DNA of 64,000 nt. Origin: Cohnella sp. Its GTDB lineage: Bacteria; Bacillota; Bacilli; Paenibacillales; Paenibacillaceae. Positions within the stretch are counted from its first letter, which is position 1. Each line of letters opens with the position of its first letter. The stretch covers positions 6,816 through 70,815 of the forward strand of contig NZ_JBEPYQ010000023.1 in assembly GCF_041641335.1 (NCBI RefSeq). The letters run 5' to 3'. Below the pieces are notes generated by a model. It saw nothing but the letters and a program-made list of their open reading frames with translations. It was not told the origin of the DNA and did not search any database. The position numbers and the translations under genes were made by a program. This document shows positions 35,871 through 46,169 of the stretch, one piece after another.

Positions 35871-37790
35871 ATGTTAACGATTAATTGCCAAAACGTACGC
35901 AAATACAACGCTGCCCAGCTCGTGCTGGACAGCGTGACGTTCGAGCTTCATCACGGGGAGAAGGCCGGTCTCGTCGGCCGCAACGGAAGCGGCAAAACGA
36001 CGCTGATGCGGCTGATTGCCAAGCTGGATACGCCGGACGAAGGGCTGCTGACCGTGCGCAAGGACGCCAGAATCGGCTATCTGGAGCAGATTCCGGCGGA
36101 TTCGGAGCGCCGCACGGTCTATGACGTGCTCGCTCTCGGGTACCGCGGTCTGCTGGAATGCCGCGCCGAGATGACCGTCTTGGAGCAGCGGATGGCTGAA
36201 CCGCAGACGGGGGAAGACCCGGAGCTGCTGGAGGCGCTGCTGCTGCAGTATGCTGCGCTCCAGGAGCGCTTCGAGCGGGAGGGCGGCTACGAGATCGACG
36301 CGCACATCGATCAGGTCGCAGGAGGCTTGCGAATCGGGAAGGAAGGGTACGAGAGAGACTACGCTTCGTTGTCCGGAGGAGAGAAGACGAAGGTGGGGCT
36401 CGCTTCCCAGCTCATCCGCAAGCCCGACTTGCTGCTGCTCGACGAGCCGACGAACCATCTGGACATGGGCGGCGTCGAGTGGCTGGAGGAGTTTCTATTG
36501 AAATACGACGGCGCATGCCTGATCGTCTCCCACGATCGTTACTTCCTGGACCGGGTCGTCACGAAGATCGTCGAGCTGGAAGACGGGGAGTCGCACGTGT
36601 TCCATGCGAACTACACGAAGTACATGAAGGAGAAGGAAGAGCTGGTCCTTCAGCAGTTCGCCGATTACCAGGAGCAGCAGAAGAAAATCAAGAAGATGCG
36701 CGAGACGATCAAGCAGCTCATGGAATGGGGGAGAATCGGCGACAACGGCAAGTTCTTCCGCAGGGCCGCATCCATGCAGAAAGCGCTCGACCGGATGGAG
36801 AAGGTGAAGCGTCCGGCGATCGACCGCAAGGAGGCGGAGTTCGAGCTGCGGCCGACGGATCGTTCGGGTAAGCAGGTCGTCGCGCTGGACGGGGTGGTCA
36901 AGCGTTACGGGCAGGTCGACATTCTCAGGGGCGCTTCGGCGCAGCTCGAATACGGGGAAAAGGCGATGCTGATCGGTCCCAACGGCGCGGGCAAGTCGAC
37001 GCTGCTCCGGTTGATCCTTGGCCAGGAGGAGGCGGATGGAGGCGAGCTTAGGCTCGGTTCGCGGGTCGAGGTCGGTTATCTGGCCCAGCAGCAGCTTCCG
37101 GAAGATCCGAAGCAGTCGGTGCTGGATTATTTTCGCCGGGAGGCCGGCATGGAGGAAGGGGAGGCCAGGTCGCGGCTGGCGGCCTACCTGTTCTACGGAG
37201 CGGACGTGTTCAAGTCGGTCGGGCTGCTGTCCGGAGGGGAGTGGACGCGTCTGAGGCTGGCTCTTCTCGTGCTCCGCAAGCCGAACCTGCTCGTGCTGGA
37301 CGAACCGACGAATCATATGGACATCGCATCAAGAGAGGCGCTGGAGGAAGCGCTCGAGGAATATCCCGGAACGATACTGGCGGTCACTCACGACCGCTAC
37401 CTGATCAATCGGCTGTCGCAAAAAATCTGGGAGCTGGATGAGGGACGACTGACGGTGTACTTGGGCGACTTCGACGATTACAAGGCGGAGAGCAGGCGCA
37501 GGCGGGCGGCCGGCAAGCCCGCGGAACCGGCGAGCAGCCGCCAGTCTCGGGCTGAGGCGGAACGGCCGAAATCGGTCAATTCCGTCGCCGCTCGGCAGAC
37601 CGTGCCTGTCCGGGAACGCCTGGAAGCGGAGATCGCCGAGCTGGAGCGGCGTCTGGCCGAGCTTGACGACCGGATGAACGGCGGCGCGCCCGCCGGGCTT
37701 GAACTCGAACGGGAGTGGGCGGAAAGGGAAGGCGTGCGGGAAAGCTTGGATCGCCTGTACGAGCAGTGGATGGAGAACTCCGGAGAATAA
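35871..37790 (+). CDS. ABC-F family ATPase (two NBDs, inter-domain linker, C-terminal coiled-coil extension)
   Basis: Two Walker A motifs (GRNGSGKT, GPNGAGKS), two signature motifs (LSGGEKT, LSGGEWT), and no TM domain. Confidence 0.9.
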   Translation: MLTINCQNVRKYNAAQLVLDSVTFELHHGEKAGLVGRNGSGKTTLMRLIAKLDTPDEGLLTVRKDARIGYLEQIPADSERRTVYDVLALGYRGLLECRAEMTVLEQRMAEPQTGEDPELLEALLLQYAALQERFEREGGYEIDAHIDQVAGGLRIGKEGYERDYASLSGGEKTKVGLASQLIRKPDLLLLDEPTNHLDMGGVEWLEEFLLKYDGACLIVSHDRYFLDRVVTKIVELEDGESHVFHANYTKYMKEKEELVLQQFADYQEQQKKIKKMRETIKQLMEWGRIGDNGKFFRRAASMQKALDRMEKVKRPAIDRKEAEFELRPTDRSGKQVVALDGVVKRYGQVDILRGASAQLEYGEKAMLIGPNGAGKSTLLRLILGQEEADGGELRLGSRVEVGYLAQQQLPEDPKQSVLDYFRREAGMEEGEARSRLAAYLFYGADVFKSVGLLSGGEWTRLRLALLVLRKPNLLVLDEPTNHMDIASREALEEALEEYPGTILAVTHDRYLINRLSQKIWELDEGRLTVYLGDFDDYKAESRRRRAAGKPAEPASSRQSRAEAERPKSVNSVAARQTVPVRERLEAEIAELERRLAELDDRMNGGAPAGLELEREWAEREGVRESLDRLYEQWMENSGE

Positions 37791-37854
37791 TTCGCGGTCG
37801 TCCGGGAACGATAGCATCGACCAAGAGCGTTCCAAAACGGAGGCGATCGAGCGA

Positions 37855-38133
37855 ATGGCGAGAAGAAGAAGGAGATTGGCCGTGCCGGGAGCCGAAGAAG
37901 GCGTCAGCGCGTTGAAGGCGGACGTCATGCGCAAGGAAGGTTACCTTGTCGATCCCCAGCGGCCCGACGAAGTCAAATACGAGGTCGCCAAGGAGATCGG
38001 AGTGCCGCTGAAGCGCGGAGACAACGGCAAGCTGACGACCGAGGAAGCGGGACAGGTCGGCGGGAAAATCGGCGGAGCGATGGTGCGGGAGATGATTCGG
38101 CGGGCGCAGGAGCAATTGACGCGCAGAACTTGA
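37855..38133 (+). CDS. Alpha/beta-type small acid-soluble spore protein
   Basis: ...VKYEVAKEIGVPLKRGDNGKLTTEEAGQVGGKIGGAMVREMIRRAQEQL... Confidence 0.8.
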   Translation: MARRRRRLAVPGAEEGVSALKADVMRKEGYLVDPQRPDEVKYEVAKEIGVPLKRGDNGKLTTEEAGQVGGKIGGAMVREMIRRAQEQLTRRT

Positions 38134-38141
38134 AAAACCAA

Positions 38142-38179
38142 GAAGCGAAGACCTCTTCGGGGGATCTTCGCTTTTTTTA
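38142..38179 (+). terminator. Rho-independent terminator
   Basis: GAAGCGAAGA-(14 nt)-TCTTCGC followed by TTTTTTT. Confidence 0.8.
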
Positions 38180-38433
38180 TGCCATTTTCACGCTAAACGG
38201 CCCTATAGCTGGCGAGGCCAAACTTAACAGGAGGCCGGGGGTGACTTATAATGAACAGATACGTTGCCTGCCGACACGACTCCAGGACGAACCTGCATGC
38301 TAATAGGCGGGTTTTTCATTTTGCGCGGCAGCGGGTATAAATCTTAGGAAACTTTAAGAAACCGTTGGCAGAGGAATACGATAGAATAATAGAAAAAGGT
38401 TCTCCGCAATTCGGTAAGGGGGATGAACCGGAC

Positions 38434-40296
38434 ATGAATCTGTTAATTAAGATGGGTAACAGAAGGTTTATTCTCTTTACGTTGATTTTGCTGCTGAAAT
38501 GCTGTCTGGCCTGGTTCGTCGTCTTCGAGGACGGCCCTTCGGTCGCGACGATGCTGACGGAAATTCCGTTCTTCTGGGTCGTCTTCTGTCTGATCGAATG
38601 GTTCGCGACCAAGCGCAAGCTGCTCTACTACACGATCGCCAACCTGCTGTTTACGCTGCTTTATTTTACGGTGCTGATGTACTACAAATATTATGGCGTT
38701 ATCGTAACCTATCACGCGCTTAACCAGGCCGATAAGGTCACGCAGGTCGGAGACAGCACCTATTCGCTGATGGACCCGTATTACTTGCTTGTTTTCGTCG
38801 ATATTATCGTTCTGGTATCCATTCCGTTGTGGATGAGAAGCCGAGCCAAGGGCGTTCAGCTGAATTTGAGACCGATCAGCCGCAAAGCGATTTCCGTGCT
38901 GTTTGTCGTGTCCGTCGTTCTCTGCTATCTCAGCATCTGGCCTAACCGCGCCAGCATGAACGAGAATAAGCAGGCAGAGGAAATGGGCATTCTGAATTAC
39001 GAGTTTTACACGATTTTCGCGGACGACAAAGTCGATGCGGCAATGGTGGACATGAACGAAATCACCCAGGACAGAATCGATTGGCTGAAGGGCAACGCCC
39101 TTTCCGGGGAACCGCAGCATTACGGCGCGGCCAAAGGCAAGAATCTGATCATCATTCAGATGGAATCGCTGCAGAACTTCCTGATCGGCCTTCAGGTCGA
39201 CGGCCAGGAGGTCATGCCGAATCTGACCAGGCTGGCTCGGGAAGATTTCCGCTACGACAACTTCTATGCGATGGCTGGACAAGGGACGACGTCTGACGCG
39301 GAATACGTGGTGAACACCTCTCTGTATGTGCCTAAGCACGAGCCGGCCACGAAGAACAACGTGAAGAAGGATCTTCCGAGCCTGCCGAAGCTGCTGAAGG
39401 CCCAAGGCTACGATACGGCTACGTTCCATACGAACGACGTCCAGTTCTGGAACCGGACCGAGCTGTATCCGGCTCTCGGCTTTGACCGGTACTACGACAA
39501 GAGCTTCTTCGGGGACACGGACCATATCGCGTTCGGTTCGTCCGACGAGGTGCTGTACGCGAAGACGATCGAAGAACTGAAGAGGATGGATGAGAGCGGC
39601 AAGCCCTTCTACGCGCACGTGTTGAGCATGAGCGCTCATCATCCTTACAATCTTCCTGAAGGCAAGCAGCGGATGAGCATTCCCGAAGAGATGCAAGGAT
39701 CGATGATCGGAAGGTACATCGCGGCGCAAAATTACGCCGATTACGCGCTGGGCGTCTTCATCGACGATCTGAAGAGCAGCGGGCTGTGGGACGACAGCAT
39801 CGTCATTCTGTACGGCGACCATCAAGGCTTGCCGGTATATTCGATGAGTAACGACGAGCGCGAGTTGATGCGCGAGATGGTCGGCCACGAGTACGGTTAT
39901 GCCGATATGTTCAACATCCCGTTCATTATGCACGTTCCAGGCGTGACCTATCCTTCCGTGATCGAACAAACCGGCGGCCAGGTCGATATTCTGCCGACCG
40001 TAGCCAATCTGATCGGAGCGTCTCTCGACAACCAGCTTCACTTCGGGCAGGACCTGCTGAATTCGGACTCCAACGTGCTGCCGATGAGACACTTCCTGCC
40101 GACCGGCTCGATTGTGATGGATACCGGAGTGTTCATTCCGGGCAACGATTACGAGGACGGAACGAACTATCCGTTCGACGGCGCCGAGCTTCCCGAAGGA
40201 TACGGCGCTTCGCGCGACGAATACGAGCGAGCGCTCGAACTGCTTAACTTGTCCGACAGCTACGTGAAGCAGCTTCCGGATCGAATCCCGCAATAA
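38434..40296 (+). CDS. ltaS: LTA synthase family protein (sulfatase-domain polyglycerolphosphate transferase)
   Basis: Five N-terminal TM helices plus an extracellular sulfatase domain ...NLIIIQMESLQNF...GTTSDAEY... Confidence 0.85.
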   Translation: MNLLIKMGNRRFILFTLILLLKCCLAWFVVFEDGPSVATMLTEIPFFWVVFCLIEWFATKRKLLYYTIANLLFTLLYFTVLMYYKYYGVIVTYHALNQADKVTQVGDSTYSLMDPYYLLVFVDIIVLVSIPLWMRSRAKGVQLNLRPISRKAISVLFVVSVVLCYLSIWPNRASMNENKQAEEMGILNYEFYTIFADDKVDAAMVDMNEITQDRIDWLKGNALSGEPQHYGAAKGKNLIIIQMESLQNFLIGLQVDGQEVMPNLTRLAREDFRYDNFYAMAGQGTTSDAEYVVNTSLYVPKHEPATKNNVKKDLPSLPKLLKAQGYDTATFHTNDVQFWNRTELYPALGFDRYYDKSFFGDTDHIAFGSSDEVLYAKTIEELKRMDESGKPFYAHVLSMSAHHPYNLPEGKQRMSIPEEMQGSMIGRYIAAQNYADYALGVFIDDLKSSGLWDDSIVILYGDHQGLPVYSMSNDERELMREMVGHEYGYADMFNIPFIMHVPGVTYPSVIEQTGGQVDILPTVANLIGASLDNQLHFGQDLLNSDSNVLPMRHFLPTGSIVMDTGVFIPGNDYEDGTNYPFDGAELPEGYGASRDEYERALELLNLSDSYVKQLPDRIPQ

Positions 40297-40304
40297 AGGC
40301 AAAG

Positions 40305-40349
40305 GCCGTTCCTGACCGCGACTCGAGGCGGGAGGGAGCGGCTCTTTTC
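40305..40349 (+). terminator. Possible terminator after ltaS
   Basis: GCCGTTCC...GGAGCGGC followed by TCTTTTC. Confidence 0.4.
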
Positions 40350-40363
40350 AATCAGAGGGATTT

Positions 40364-40750
40364 TTAAACCGCTTTGCCGCTTTTTTGCCTTCGCATGAGG
40401 CGGAAACGTCCGGCGGCAATGAGTAACGCTGACAGTGTAAAGACGATGTTGATCCAGATATCGTATTCGCCGCGCAACAAATGGAATATCATCCCAGAAC
40501 ACGCGATAGCAGCCAGACCAACGGCAGCAATCGGGGTCAACAACGGTTTTATTTTTAAAGCCATCGGTAAAATCAGCCCCAGGACACCTAACAGCTCGGC
40601 GATGCCGACCAACATAACCAGCCCTTGCGGTATATCATTCACCCAAGTCCAGGTCGATAGAGCGGATTCATATTGAAATACTTTCAACCAGCCTGAATAC
40701 ATGAATCCAACACCTAATCCAATTTGAACAATCCATAGCACAATATTCAT
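40364..40750 (-). CDS. DoxX-family membrane protein
   Basis: MNIVLWIVQIGLGVGFMYSGWLKVF...GIAELLGVLGLILP... Confidence 0.8.
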   Translation of the reverse strand: MNIVLWIVQIGLGVGFMYSGWLKVFQYESALSTWTWVNDIPQGLVMLVGIAELLGVLGLILPMALKIKPLLTPIAAVGLAAIACSGMIFHLLRGEYDIWINIVFTLSALLIAAGRFRLMRRQKSGKAV

Positions 40751-40941
40751 GTGCAGCGTCACTCCCTCTCGTGTGTTAGCGCAAGCACAATCGGTGTCCT
40801 GCCGATCAGGATGGTGTTTTCTCTTGCGCTGCCAAATCCCTAGAAGCATAATAATATGAAGGGCTTTATGTAGGAAGTAGGTACTTTAAATAAACCTAGT
40901 CACTAAAAAGATACCCTATGTTAGTAAAGGGGAAGACTAAC

Positions 40942-41304
40942 ATGACCTATTGCAAATTTGAATCCGCGTTAGAAATCTTCGTAGGGAAATGGAAGCCAGT
41001 CATTTTACTTCGTTTATTCTCAAATGGAGCGATGAGATTCAGCGAACTGCAGCGGGCCATTCCCGATATCACCAAAAAAATGCTCACGCAACAATTACGT
41101 GAACTGGAGTACCATAATATCGTCCATCGCGAGATTTATCACCAGATTCCGCCAAAAGTAGAGTATTCCATTACGGAATATGGAAAAGGCTTATCCGGCA
41201 TTATGCAGGCGTTAAATGATTGGGGTGTCACGCATATCGAACATCTAAATCGCTTACACGGACCTTATTCGTCGGGTGAATCGGAATTCGACGAGCGTAT
41301 ATAA
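40942..41304 (+). CDS. HxlR (MarR/DUF24)-family transcriptional regulator
   Basis: ...ALEIFVGKWKPVILLRLFSNGAMRFSELQRAIPDITKKMLTQQLRELEYHNIVHREIYHQIPPKVEYSITEYG... Confidence 0.85.
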   Translation: MTYCKFESALEIFVGKWKPVILLRLFSNGAMRFSELQRAIPDITKKMLTQQLRELEYHNIVHREIYHQIPPKVEYSITEYGKGLSGIMQALNDWGVTHIEHLNRLHGPYSSGESEFDERI

Positions 41305-41465
41305 AAACAAGGCTTGCGGATTGTTGTATCGGAGCCTTGCGGCGATGTACTTGACCATAATTGAGGATCGGACGATAAGCGGCTGGATTTTCTCGGAACG
41401 ATCAAAGGGTGAGCAACTGCCCGATCCATTCGCGCTTAAGACGCGCGAACGATCGGGCAGTGTTG

Positions 41466-42263
41466 TTAATCGTGCATTAATACGTACGGATAGCCGGTCA
41501 TGGCGAGCAGATCTTCGAGATCGACGGGCACGGGAAGGCCTTCGGACGACAGCAAGGAGAAGCGCTTGCCGTAGTCGCGGCTGTATCGTCGCAGCAGATC
41601 GCAGAACGGTTCCCAATCGTCGGCGAGCATGGAGCGGTTCAACTCGAAGACGAGGCGGCGGACCTTGTCGGGGAGGAGGCGCTCCATGCCTCTAAGCGCA
41701 TGGTATTCGCCGCCTTCGATATCCATCTTGGCGAAGTCGATCGTCCCGAATTCGTCGGCCCTGCTGTCCAGCGCTTCCGCGTCAACGACGATCTCCTTGA
41801 ATTCGTCCGCATAGTGGCGGCGGTATTCCTCGGTCGGCTGGCGAATCGAGCAGTTGCCCATATAGCGCAGCGGGGCGTTCAGCGTCAGCCGGGCTTCGGA
41901 GGAATAGGCGGCTTTGGCCAGCACGACGGTCCGGTCGTGAACGTAGTTGATCGACAGGTTATCGAACAGGAATCCGCGCAGCTCCGGATACGGCTCGTAA
42001 GCCCACAGCTTGCCTTCCGGGCCGATCAGCCTGCCGAGCAGTACCGAGTAGTAGCCGATGTTGGCCCCGATATCGATCACCCGATGGCCGGGACGGACGT
42101 GATTAAGGAAGTAGTGCGTGAGCGGAAATTCCATTCCCCCGGAGAATACGATCTCTGGCGTCAGGCTGAGATCGTTCGCAGGAAGCAGCAACCTGCTTCC
42201 GTGGCCGGTCAGGCAGAGAACCCGGTTCTGACCGATCGAGATGGCGTTCAAGCCCATTCGCAT
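41466..42263 (-). CDS. FkbM-family methyltransferase
   Basis: ...VIDIGANIGYYSVLL... and ...IDFAKMDIEGGEYHAL... Confidence 0.8.
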   Translation of the reverse strand: MRMGLNAISIGQNRVLCLTGHGSRLLLPANDLSLTPEIVFSGGMEFPLTHYFLNHVRPGHRVIDIGANIGYYSVLLGRLIGPEGKLWAYEPYPELRGFLFDNLSINYVHDRTVVLAKAAYSSEARLTLNAPLRYMGNCSIRQPTEEYRRHYADEFKEIVVDAEALDSRADEFGTIDFAKMDIEGGEYHALRGMERLLPDKVRRLVFELNRSMLADDWEPFCDLLRRYSRDYGKRFSLLSSEGLPVPVDLEDLLAMTGYPYVLMHD

Positions 42264-42485
42264 CGCTCCTTTCCCATTAGCCTATGAAGAGGGTTCGGCT
42301 CGAATGACTTGGCGAAGCCGGGTAATGACTCGGTAAGATCCGGGGACGGCTGGGCGGAGCTGAGAGAGGGAATCGCGATGTTGCGCGGATTGTCGGATTT
42401 GCCGGGAAGGATCGGGAAGTATCGGGAGCGTACAAGTGGTATAATAGGCACATTAACTGCCATGGGGAAAAGGTGTTGGCTCCGG

Positions 42486-43124
42486 ATGAGTCTCGTGTCG
42501 GATATTCTCTCCAACCTTACCGAGGAGAATTTGACCCGCGTATTGGAACAGTATCGCGAGTTCGGTCCATTGCCGGGCATCGCGCTTACGTTCATGAAGT
42601 CTTTCGTTCCGCCCCTGCCGACGCTGCTGATCGTCGGAGTGAACGCGGCCGTCTACGGCTTGTGGCTCGGCTTTCTGTATTCCTGGATCGGGATCGTCGG
42701 CGGTTGTATCTTCACGTTCCTCGTCGTTCGCAAGGCGGCGGGGCATCCTTACTTCGTGCGCTTCGCGCGCAAGCCGAAGGTGGAGAAGAGTCTCGTCTGG
42801 ATTCGCCGCAATGCGTTCAGCTACGTGTTTCTGCTCAGCATTTTTCCGGTCGGGCCGTTCGTCGTTATCAACATTGCCGCCGCGATCGCGCAGATGAGGC
42901 TTCGCTCGTTCTTCATCGCCATTCTGTTCGGCAAGGCGATCATGGTCATGTCGGTGTCGATCATCGGCCACGACTTCATGCGGTTCGTCGAACGTCCGAT
43001 CGAGCTGATCTATGTCGTATTGTTCTTGGGGCTATCCCTCTGGATCAGCAAGAAGATCGAACGGCGGTTCACGCGGGACGACGCGGAAAAGCCGACGCTT
43101 TCCCGCGATCGCGCCGGGGCGTAG
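42486..43124 (+). CDS. TVP38/TMEM64 (VTT/DedA-like) family membrane protein
   Basis: ...FGPLPGIALTFMKSFVPPLPTLLIVGVNAAVYG... The start is chosen at MSLVSD. Confidence 0.7.
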   Translation: MSLVSDILSNLTEENLTRVLEQYREFGPLPGIALTFMKSFVPPLPTLLIVGVNAAVYGLWLGFLYSWIGIVGGCIFTFLVVRKAAGHPYFVRFARKPKVEKSLVWIRRNAFSYVFLLSIFPVGPFVVINIAAAIAQMRLRSFFIAILFGKAIMVMSVSIIGHDFMRFVERPIELIYVVLFLGLSLWISKKIERRFTRDDAEKPTLSRDRAGA

Positions 43125-43223
43125 TTGGAGAATACGGCGGCGCGACGCTGACAAGGCTAATTTTGCTGAGGTGCGCCGAAGATAGATAGGACTATGAGCG
43201 CGAATGAGAAAGGGAGTTAAAGG

Positions 43224-43730
43224 ATGCTGAGTTTCGAAGAAAAGCTCGCGATTATGCAGTCGTTCCCCGAACTGGAACGCAGAGACGTCTCCCTGGGGAG
43301 AGTAAACTTTCACTATGACGGCAGCTTGAGCGACAAGAAAAACGTCGGCTACCACTTCCATCCGAACGGCAACGGATACGTCTACGCAGCCGGAGTGGGC
43401 GGAGCGGAGACGGACGGGAAGGGCTTCGTGAACGTTCGCGACTACGGAGCCGAGCAGCTTCGGCAGCTCGTCGAGCAGGCCATCCGTTCGCTTGGCGGAG
43501 CTTCTGCGGGCGGCAGGTCGGCTACGGACGCTGCGAGAACGGTGCAGGACGGAGGCGCCGGGACGAATGAAGAGAAGTGGCGGGATCCGGACGGCAACGA
43601 ATTGTCGCTGCAGTTCGAGGACGACACGTGGTACCTGTTCGCCGGCTTGAACCTGGAGATGGCTTTCGAGACGCGCGAAGAAGCCGAAGAGTACTTGGCG
43701 GCCGAGGGTTTCGTTATGGCAGGAAATTGA
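43224..43730 (+). CDS. Hypothetical protein
   Basis: 168-aa ORF with an SD. No family recognised. Confidence 0.5.
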   Translation: MLSFEEKLAIMQSFPELERRDVSLGRVNFHYDGSLSDKKNVGYHFHPNGNGYVYAAGVGGAETDGKGFVNVRDYGAEQLRQLVEQAIRSLGGASAGGRSATDAARTVQDGGAGTNEEKWRDPDGNELSLQFEDDTWYLFAGLNLEMAFETREEAEEYLAAEGFVMAGN

Positions 43731-43855
43731 CAGCTTGCCCCAACATGGGCATAATAAAAGACATAATGTCGAGGAAGCACCTCACAAAGATAAACACAGA
43801 CGTGTTTCTTTGCTGAGGTGCTATTTCTGTTGAGGCGAAGGGAGCTGGGACGAGC

Positions 43856-44458
43856 ATGAAAAAGAAAACGTACGAGGAATTAATCAAGGAATCGCCCGTT
43901 ACTTACGAGATGTACGCCGAGATGGTCGACGACGGCAACCGTTACGAGATTTCCGACGGCGTGCTGGAGCTGATGAGCCCGGCTCCGACAACGACGCATC
44001 AGTCGTTTGTCAATGAGCTGCAGTATAAATTTAATGTCAGTTGCCGCAATGAATTCATCATCTATTCCTCGCCGGTGGACGTCATTTTGTCCGCTACGGA
44101 AGTCCGGCAGCCGGATCTCGTCCTCATTCACCGCAGCAGAATGGATATTATTGAGGAAAGAGGGATCAATGGCGCTCCCGACTTGGTCGTGGAGATTACC
44201 TCCAAGCATTCGCGCAGACGGGACAAGGTGCAGAAACGAATCGCATATGCCAAATACGGCGTGCCGGAATATTGGATCATCGACCTTGCTAGTTTTACCT
44301 TGGAGCAATATGTGCTGGATGGAGAGCGATATGAGTTGGCCGAAGTATATGCGGAAGATGAGATAATCCGTTCCGAGATAGTCACCTGCGCCTCGTTCAG
44401 CATGAATGAGCTTGTACAGGGTCTGCCCGTGCCCGCGCGTTCGGACAAGACAGACTAA
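43856..44458 (+). CDS. Uma2-family (DUF820) PD-(D/E)xK endonuclease, paralog 1
   Basis: ...YEISDGVLELMSPAPTTTHQ...QPDLVLIHRSR...GAPDLVVEITS...DKVQKRIAYAKYGVPEYWIID... Confidence 0.8.
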   Translation: MKKKTYEELIKESPVTYEMYAEMVDDGNRYEISDGVLELMSPAPTTTHQSFVNELQYKFNVSCRNEFIIYSSPVDVILSATEVRQPDLVLIHRSRMDIIEERGINGAPDLVVEITSKHSRRRDKVQKRIAYAKYGVPEYWIIDLASFTLEQYVLDGERYELAEVYAEDEIIRSEIVTCASFSMNELVQGLPVPARSDKTD

Positions 44459-44510
44459 ATTCTGACTTCCTGAGTCGCGGAGATTTCATTTTGACGAGGA
44501 AGGTGGCAGC

Positions 44511-45113
44511 ATGGGAATGAAAAAGAGAACGTACGAGGAATTAATCAAGGAATCGCCCGTTACTTATGAGATGTACGCGGAGATGGTCGACGACGGCAAC
44601 CGATACGAGATTTCCGACGGGGTGCTGGAGTTGATGATCCCGGCTCCGACGACGACGCACCAGTCGTTTGTTTACGAGCTGCAGTACAAGCTCAACGCCA
44701 GCTGCCGCAACGAATATATCATCTACTCCTCGCCAATCGACGTCATTTTGTCCGCTACGGAAGTCCGGCAGCCGGACCTCATCATGATACATCGCAGCAG
44801 AATGGGTATTGTTCAAAAAAGAGGCATCAACGGCGCCCCGGACCTGGCCGTCGAGATTACCTCCGAGCATTCGCGCAGACGGGACAAGGTACAGAAGCGA
44901 ATCGCGTATGCCAAATACGGCGTGCCGGAATATTGGATCATCGATCTTTCTAACTTTACATTGGAGCAATATGTGCTGGATGGAGAGCGGTATGAATTGG
45001 CCGAGGTATACGCTGAAGATGAGATAGTCCGTTCTGAGATAGTCACCTGCGCCGCGTTCAGCATGAATGAAATTGTGCGAAGCCTGCCTATTCATCCGGA
45101 TTTGCTTGATTGA
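44511..45113 (+). CDS. Uma2-family (DUF820) PD-(D/E)xK endonuclease, paralog 2
   Basis: Near-identical to paralog 1 over about 190 aa. The start may be ATG 44517 by alignment with paralog 1. Confidence 0.8.
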   Translation: MGMKKRTYEELIKESPVTYEMYAEMVDDGNRYEISDGVLELMIPAPTTTHQSFVYELQYKLNASCRNEYIIYSSPIDVILSATEVRQPDLIMIHRSRMGIVQKRGINGAPDLAVEITSEHSRRRDKVQKRIAYAKYGVPEYWIIDLSNFTLEQYVLDGERYELAEVYAEDEIVRSEIVTCAAFSMNEIVRSLPIHPDLLD

Positions 45114-45227
45114 GGGCTGGCAGGAGTTTGCGGGGACAAAGGTGAAACGTAATAAGAGGTTCATTCGTACATAAAGATTAATAAAATCTCATTCCATATG
45201 TGTTGAATGGAGATCAAGGAGGAACTC

Positions 45228-46106
45228 ATGAAACGCATTCTGCTGTTTATTCTAACCAACTTGCTCGTGATGGTGACGATCGGCATCATCCTGTCCGTCT
45301 TCGGAGTCGGCTCGTATTTGAACGAGTCGGGTGGCATCGACTTCAGCGCGCTGCTTGTGTTCAGCGCCATCGTCGGCTTCACCGGAGCGTTCATCTCGCT
45401 TGCGATGTCCCGCTGGATGGCCAAGATGATGATGAAAGTCCAGGTGCTCAAGCCGGAGGCCAATCTGAGCTACGCGGAGCGCCAAATCGTCGACACGGTT
45501 CACCGCTTGTCCCGCGCCGCGGGCTTGACGCATATGCCGGAAGTAGGCATCTACGAGTCCCAGGAAGTGAACGCGTTCGCGACCGGCCCGTCCAAGAAAC
45601 GTTCGCTCGTCGCCGTATCGACCGGACTGCTGAACGAGCTGGACGAGGACGCGGTGGAAGCGATCATCGCTCACGAAGTCGCGCACGTCGCCAACGGAGA
45701 CATGGTGACGATGACGCTGCTCCAAGGGGTCGTCAACACGTTCGTCGTCTTCCTGTCGCGCATAGCCGCTTGGGCGGTATCCCGTCTCGTGAAGGAAGAG
45801 CTGGCCGGAATCGTTCATTTTATCGCCGTTATCGTATTCCAGATCGCCTTCTCCATTCTCGGCAGCCTTGTCGTGCTGGCGTACTCCAGATACCGCGAGT
45901 TCCATGCGGATGCGGGCGGCGCCCATCTGGCGGGCCGCGACAAGATGATCCACGCGCTGCGCGGGCTGAAAACCTACCAGGACCGCATGCGGGGCAGCGA
46001 GCAAAACGCGTTCTCCACCCTTCAGATCAGCGGCAAGAAGAGAAGCGCATTGTTCTCGACGCATCCGGACCTCGAGGAGAGAATCCGTCGTCTGCAAGCG
46101 GGCTGA
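45228..46106 (+). CDS. htpX: Protease HtpX homolog (M48 zinc metalloprotease)
   Basis: ...[15 protein letters not shown]... (HExxH) plus TM helices. AAGGAGGA upstream. Confidence 0.9.
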   Translation: MKRILLFILTNLLVMVTIGIILSVFGVGSYLNESGGIDFSALLVFSAIVGFTGAFISLAMSRWMAKMMMKVQVLKPEANLSYAERQIVDTVHRLSRAAGLTHMPEVGIYESQEVNAFATGPSKKRSLVAVSTGLLNELDEDAVEAIIAHEVAHVANGDMVTMTLLQGVVNTFVVFLSRIAAWAVSRLVKEELAGIVHFIAVIVFQIAFSILGSLVVLAYSRYREFHADAGGAHLAGRDKMIHALRGLKTYQDRMRGSEQNAFSTLQISGKKRSALFSTHPDLEERIRRLQAG

Positions 46107-46124
46107 TATCCGTGAGAAAAATAA

Positions 46125-46162
46125 AGGCCGTTCCGCAGCCATCATGGCATGCGGAGCGGCCT
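46125..46162. terminator. Hairpin between the convergent htpX gene and the minus-strand operon. The T-run is on the minus-strand side.
   Basis: AGGCCGTTCCGCA-(12 nt)-TGCGGAGCGGCCT. The minus strand continues TTATTTTTC. Confidence 0.65.
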
Positions 46163-46169
46163 TCCTCGT

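Noticed and set aside
35871-37790. Calling the ABC-F protein an antibiotic-resistance (ARE) determinant
   Set aside because: The linker (…WGRIGDNGKFFRRAASMQKALDRMEKV…) and the long C-terminal coiled coil look at least as much like housekeeping YdiF/Uup-type ABC-F factors. Without a phylogeny the resistance call would be unsupported.
37784-37830. Sigma-G type promoter upstream of the SASP gene (GAATA at 37785-37789)
   Set aside because: No acceptable CATxxTA -10 element lies at 17-18 nt spacing. The nearest CAT is about 25 nt away.
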